From Patescibacteria group bacterium (GTDB taxonomy: Bacteria > Patescibacteriota > Minisyncoccia > Minisyncoccales > JAHCRE01), in NCBI GenBank assembly GCA_020148145.1, contig JAHCRE010000016.1:4456-68455 (forward strand): a DNA stretch of 64,000 bases. The letters are read 5' to 3'. Positions 60,588 through 64,000 of this stretch are shown piece by piece. The notes below the pieces were generated by a model, which was not told the origin of the DNA, did not search any database, and saw nothing but the letters and a program-made list of their open reading frames with translations. Positions within the stretch are counted from its first letter, which is position 1, and each line of letters begins with the position of its first letter. Both the position numbers and the translations under genes were made by a program.

Positions 60588-60786
60588 AAAGTCTTAGTTA
60601 TCCCACAGTTTTCCACAATTCCCCACTCCACCTTCTTTATACTCCACTTCATAGTATCAAGTCAAATAAAAGTAAAATAAGTTCAAATTTAATTCAAAAC
60701 CTAATTCTTTTCCACAGAAAATCCACAGATAGTAAAAACAGCCTTTTTAGAGCTGTTTTAAAGTCAGCAATATAATTTTTAAAAAG

Positions 60787-61953
60787 CTAATAAAATCCAA
60801 AGGGAATTTTAGATTCAAGAGGAAAATATTCAAACTCTGGAGAATAGCTAATGGGGGGTGGGAAGAAAGGGATCTTGAAAATTTCCTCAAGAGTTTTATA
60901 TTCTTCAGGCGCTTCAACTTCTACTGGCTGATTGAAGTTGGAAAAATCCATATCTATCTTAATAGTAATTTTTCCTTTTTTAGTTTTATCAAATTTACTC
61001 AAGTCAATTTCTTTTTCTCCCTTAACCTTATGAAGCAACATGTCTTTTTTACCAATCCAAAACTCAGCTGTAATTTCCCCCAGTTTCTCAAAAGATTTAT
61101 CAAGTTCGATTGAAAGCTTCTCTTGAAATTCCTTCCATTGTTCTTCTGTAGGAGGTGGACCAAATTTAATAGTGCTTATTAGTATTTTGTATAACTCGGG
61201 AATAATTTTTTTTACCTCTTTTTCATTTAAAGCAACTAAATAATGATAGGTTTTTTCATCTTTGATCTCTTTGTCTAAAAATTCTCTTTTTACAACATAT
61301 AATCTTTTACCTTCTAATAAGGACTTTAAATTTTCAATCATTTCTTCTTGTTTTTCTTTTTCTTTTTGCATTTCTTCTTCTATTTCTGATGTGTAAAGAC
61401 TTCCTAATAAAATCCTCATCAATTGTACCTCATCAATTTTAATCCACTGATTCTTAATTCCGCTTAAATCAATGCCAAGTATCTCGAAAAAGGGTTCTAA
61501 AAAGGGAAGGGCAGGAATGGTAGTCAATTTTGAATAAAATTCTTCTCCTATGACCTTGCTTTCTCCAACTAAAGAAAATTGCATTCCTTCGAAAGCTAAC
61601 GCCATATTAAAATCTCCGACTGATTTAGGATTTTTAGGATTGGTATTATCTGAATCGCTCCCAAAAGCCATAGAGATTTTAAAAGCTTCCTTTGTATCTT
61701 CTTTTGCTTCTATGTCGATTTTTGTTTCAGAATGAACAGTTTTCAATTCTCCCATTTTAATAGCCATTTCCTCTATCACCTTTTCTGGCTCAGGCCTAAA
61801 GGGATTCCAAAGAGGATCCCAAGCTCTGGAATAAAGCGCAATGCCAATTCCAACTATTCCTAAAATTATTATTCCGGCAATAATTTTTATAACCTTACTT
61901 TTCTTTGAAGGGAGTCCTACAGAAATTTGTATTTTTTCTTCAATTGGTTCCAT
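60787..61953 (-). CDS. hypothetical membrane-anchored protein
   Basis: 388 aa. One N-terminal TM helix (IIAGIIILGIVGIGIALY). Lys/Glu-rich soluble domain. No motif recognised. Confidence 0.5.
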   Translation of the reverse strand: MEPIEEKIQISVGLPSKKSKVIKIIAGIIILGIVGIGIALYSRAWDPLWNPFRPEPEKVIEEMAIKMGELKTVHSETKIDIEAKEDTKEAFKISMAFGSDSDNTNPKNPKSVGDFNMALAFEGMQFSLVGESKVIGEEFYSKLTTIPALPFLEPFFEILGIDLSGIKNQWIKIDEVQLMRILLGSLYTSEIEEEMQKEKEKQEEMIENLKSLLEGKRLYVVKREFLDKEIKDEKTYHYLVALNEKEVKKIIPELYKILISTIKFGPPPTEEQWKEFQEKLSIELDKSFEKLGEITAEFWIGKKDMLLHKVKGEKEIDLSKFDKTKKGKITIKIDMDFSNFNQPVEVEAPEEYKTLEEIFKIPFFPPPISYSPEFEYFPLESKIPFGFY

Positions 61954-62000
61954 TTTATTTTATTATAAACAAAAAATTAAAAAGAAAAAATGTGGAAAAA

Positions 62001-64000
62001 CTAAGGGTTAATTATTAATTTGAATTCTTCTGGTTCAACTTCTACTTTATCCCCTCTTTTTATTTTTTGCGATAATAGGGCTTGGGCAAGAACATTTCCA
62101 ACTTTATCTTGAATGACCCTTTTTATTTCTCTAGCTCCAAAAACTGGGTTATAACCCAATTCAACAATTTTCTCTTTTAGGGGTGCGGTAATTATAAGTT
62201 CAATGTCTTTATTCTTAAGATTTTTCTTTAACTTTTGAAGTATTAATTCAGCAATATCCAAAAGATTCTCTTTAGTTAAGGGGCGGAAAACAACTACAGC
62301 ATCGAAACGATTAATAAATTCTGGTCTAAAAATACCCCCTTGAAAAAGATGGCTCAAAAGATCTTCTTTTATAATATCTAATTTTTTATCCAATCTAATG
62401 TCTTCCCAAATAATCTCTGCTCCAGCATTTGAGGTAGCAATAATTATTGTATTTTTGAAATCAACCTTTCGACCTAAACCATCAGTTAAATGACCTTCAT
62501 CTAAAACCTGCAAAAATAAATTTAAAATATTGGGATGGGCTTTTTCAATTTCATCTAATAAAACTAGAGAAAAAGGGTTTTCTCTAACCGGGGTTGTTAA
62601 TAAACCTTCTTCAATAACCGAACCTATCAGCCTTGGAATGTCTTCAATTGCTTGAAATTCGGACATATCTAGTCTTATCATTCTCGCCTCTGAACCAAAA
62701 TAAATTTGGGCTAAAGCCTTTGATGTTTCGGTCTTTCCTACTCCAGTAGGTCCCAAAAACAAGAAACTTCCCATTGGTCCTTTTCTGACAGTCACTTCTG
62801 TTCTTGCCCTTCTTAAGGCTGAAGAAACTTCTTTTACTGCCTCATCCTGATTAATAATTCTTTTATGAATCAATTTTTCCAAATTTAATAGAATTTCTCT
62901 TTCTTTAATCTCTATTTCTCCAATTGGAATTTGAGTCTTATCAGAAATAATTCTGGCCACATGCTCAGGCAAAACGACCTTGCTTTTTGTAAAATTGGCA
63001 ACATAAACTATTATTTCGTCCAAAAGATCAATTGCCTTTTTTGGAAATGTAATGGCCGGCAAATATTTTGCAGAATATCTTACAATATCTCTAACTGATG
63101 GATAACTAACAAATATTTTATATTTTTTCTCCAGAGCTGGGATTCGATTTTCCAAAATCCTAATTGTATCTCTTTCAAGAACCTCAGAAATTTCAACCTT
63201 TTCAAAGAGATTTAAAATTGAAGTACTAGGTTCAATGAATTTGTGAAGTCCAGGATAATTTGTGATTGCTATCATTTGAAAATCAGGTAAGGACAAATAG
63301 GAAGTAATTATTCCTGAAATATCTATTACTCCTGGCCGGGGTTCTTGGCCAATATAGTTATGAAAATCATCTATTACTAAAATAACATTTCCAGCTACAA
63401 TTACCTCCTGAAAAATTTTGTCTAAGATTACCTCCGCCTCTTCCCGAGACCCTGCATGAGATAGAACCGAAACAATGTCAAGAGAGACTATTCTTTTTGA
63501 ATTAATTTGAGGGAAGCTTAAATCAAAAAGGGCGCGCCTTGCTAATTCCTGCATTAATTTCATCCTTCCTGCCCCCGGTTCGCCAATTAAAAGAACATTA
63601 TTTATTTCCTCTCTGCTTAATATCCTTTCAATTGCAGATAATTCTTTTTCTAAACCAACCATTTCTCTATAGCCTTTCATTTTTACTGTATTTGACCAAT
63701 CAGTGGAAAATCGATCTAAAGTTATCGTATAACCTGCCGCCCAATCTTTGGCAATTGAACCTCTTTTTAGTAAATTTTTGTATTCCCAGAATTTTTTTTC
63801 CTCCTTAATTTTTTCTTCCAAATTTTCTAACCACCAACAAATATTTCCAATATCTTCAGCCTTAAGATTTGAATCAATTAAAATCTTTTTGAAAATCCGA
63901 TTGTGTTTGGCCAGGGCGGAAATTACATCCCCTATTTCAATTCTCGTTTTTCCTTTTCTCTTTGCTATTTTCAGAGATTCAAGAATTGAATCCTGAAAAT
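62001..64000 (-). CDS. Clp/Hsp100-family AAA+ ATPase (two NBDs), 5' end beyond the window
   Basis: The NBD1 Walker A is degenerate (GEPGAGRM). NBD2 reads GPTGVGKTE..LLDEIEKAH..GAREIKR. The frame stays open upstream of the tracked start (63821) to the window edge (..ILESLKIAKRKGKTRIEIGDVISALAKHN..), so the gene is partial. Confidence 0.8.
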   Translation of the reverse strand, partial: FQDSILESLKIAKRKGKTRIEIGDVISALAKHNRIFKKILIDSNLKAEDIGNICWWLENLEEKIKEEKKFWEYKNLLKRGSIAKDWAAGYTITLDRFSTDWSNTVKMKGYREMVGLEKELSAIERILSREEINNVLLIGEPGAGRMKLMQELARRALFDLSFPQINSKRIVSLDIVSVLSHAGSREEAEVILDKIFQEVIVAGNVILVIDDFHNYIGQEPRPGVIDISGIITSYLSLPDFQMIAITNYPGLHKFIEPSTSILNLFEKVEISEVLERDTIRILENRIPALEKKYKIFVSYPSVRDIVRYSAKYLPAITFPKKAIDLLDEIIVYVANFTKSKVVLPEHVARIISDKTQIPIGEIEIKEREILLNLEKLIHKRIINQDEAVKEVSSALRRARTEVTVRKGPMGSFLFLGPTGVGKTETSKALAQIYFGSEARMIRLDMSEFQAIEDIPRLIGSVIEEGLLTTPVRENPFSLVLLDEIEKAHPNILNLFLQVLDEGHLTDGLGRKVDFKNTIIIATSNAGAEIIWEDIRLDKKLDIIKEDLLSHLFQGGIFRPEFINRFDAVVVFRPLTKENLLDIAELILQKLKKNLKNKDIELIITAPLKEKIVELGYNPVFGAREIKRVIQDKVGNVLAQALLSQKIKRGDKVEVEPEEFKLIINP

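Noticed and set aside
1-64000. Search for cas1, cas2, cas4, cas3-HD, cas9, or Cascade/Csf subunits, and for a transposase or integrase.
   Set aside because: No ORF in the six-frame track shows the corresponding motifs. The unassigned ORFs near the locus (27308-28213, 37854-38474) have other recognisable features.

Overview
This is a 64-kb window from a low-GC, gene-dense bacterial genome. I infer a CPR/Patescibacteria-like organism. Bacterial markers: a compact dcw block (mraZ-rsmH-ftsL-ftsI-murF-like), murC, dnaB, short dnaX, recR, efp, rplU and rmuC. Promoters are sigma70-type (TTGACA-17-TATAAT) and terminators are hairpin+U. There are two tRNAs (Gln-UUG, Glu-CUC) and no rRNA.

The outstanding feature is a CRISPR-like locus at about 28.4-37.8 kb, all on the minus strand.
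- It encodes a 645-aa Zn-ribbon-rich TnpB/Cas12-like protein. RuvC motif III and the Zn finger are recognisable. Motif II, and possibly motif I, looks substituted.
- Next to it is a 610-aa XPD/DinG-type Fe-S helicase.
- The two genes are flanked by six self-contained cassettes: terminator, TTGACA promoter, about 110-nt structured leader RNA, mini-array.
- The arrays hold about 73 units of an unusually short repeat (about 20 nt, ATTACAAGATTTCGGRRAAT on the plus strand). Spacers are short and variable (about 11-22 nt).
- A second repeat variant is present, and spacers are shared between arrays.
- No cas1, cas2 or cas4 occurs anywhere in the window.
- A promoter/terminator-bounded ncRNA of about 380 nt beside the arrays carries a split anti-repeat-like segment.

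Other notable content:
- Two tandem full-length archaeal-type TFB/TFIIB genes driven by bacterial promoters.
- A higher-GC island with an IPCT/DIPPS-like fusion next to inositol-3-phosphate synthase.
- The AmmeMemoRadiSam trio.
- Three families of miniature repeats, two of which sit in frame inside essential genes (murC, cysS, rsmH, efp, murF-like, recR).
- A duplicated, synonymously recoded murC 3' end flanking one such element.
- Several ORF-free structured RNA candidates.

All calls come from reading the sequence by eye. RNA and regulatory coordinates are approximate to a few nt, and no database search was run.
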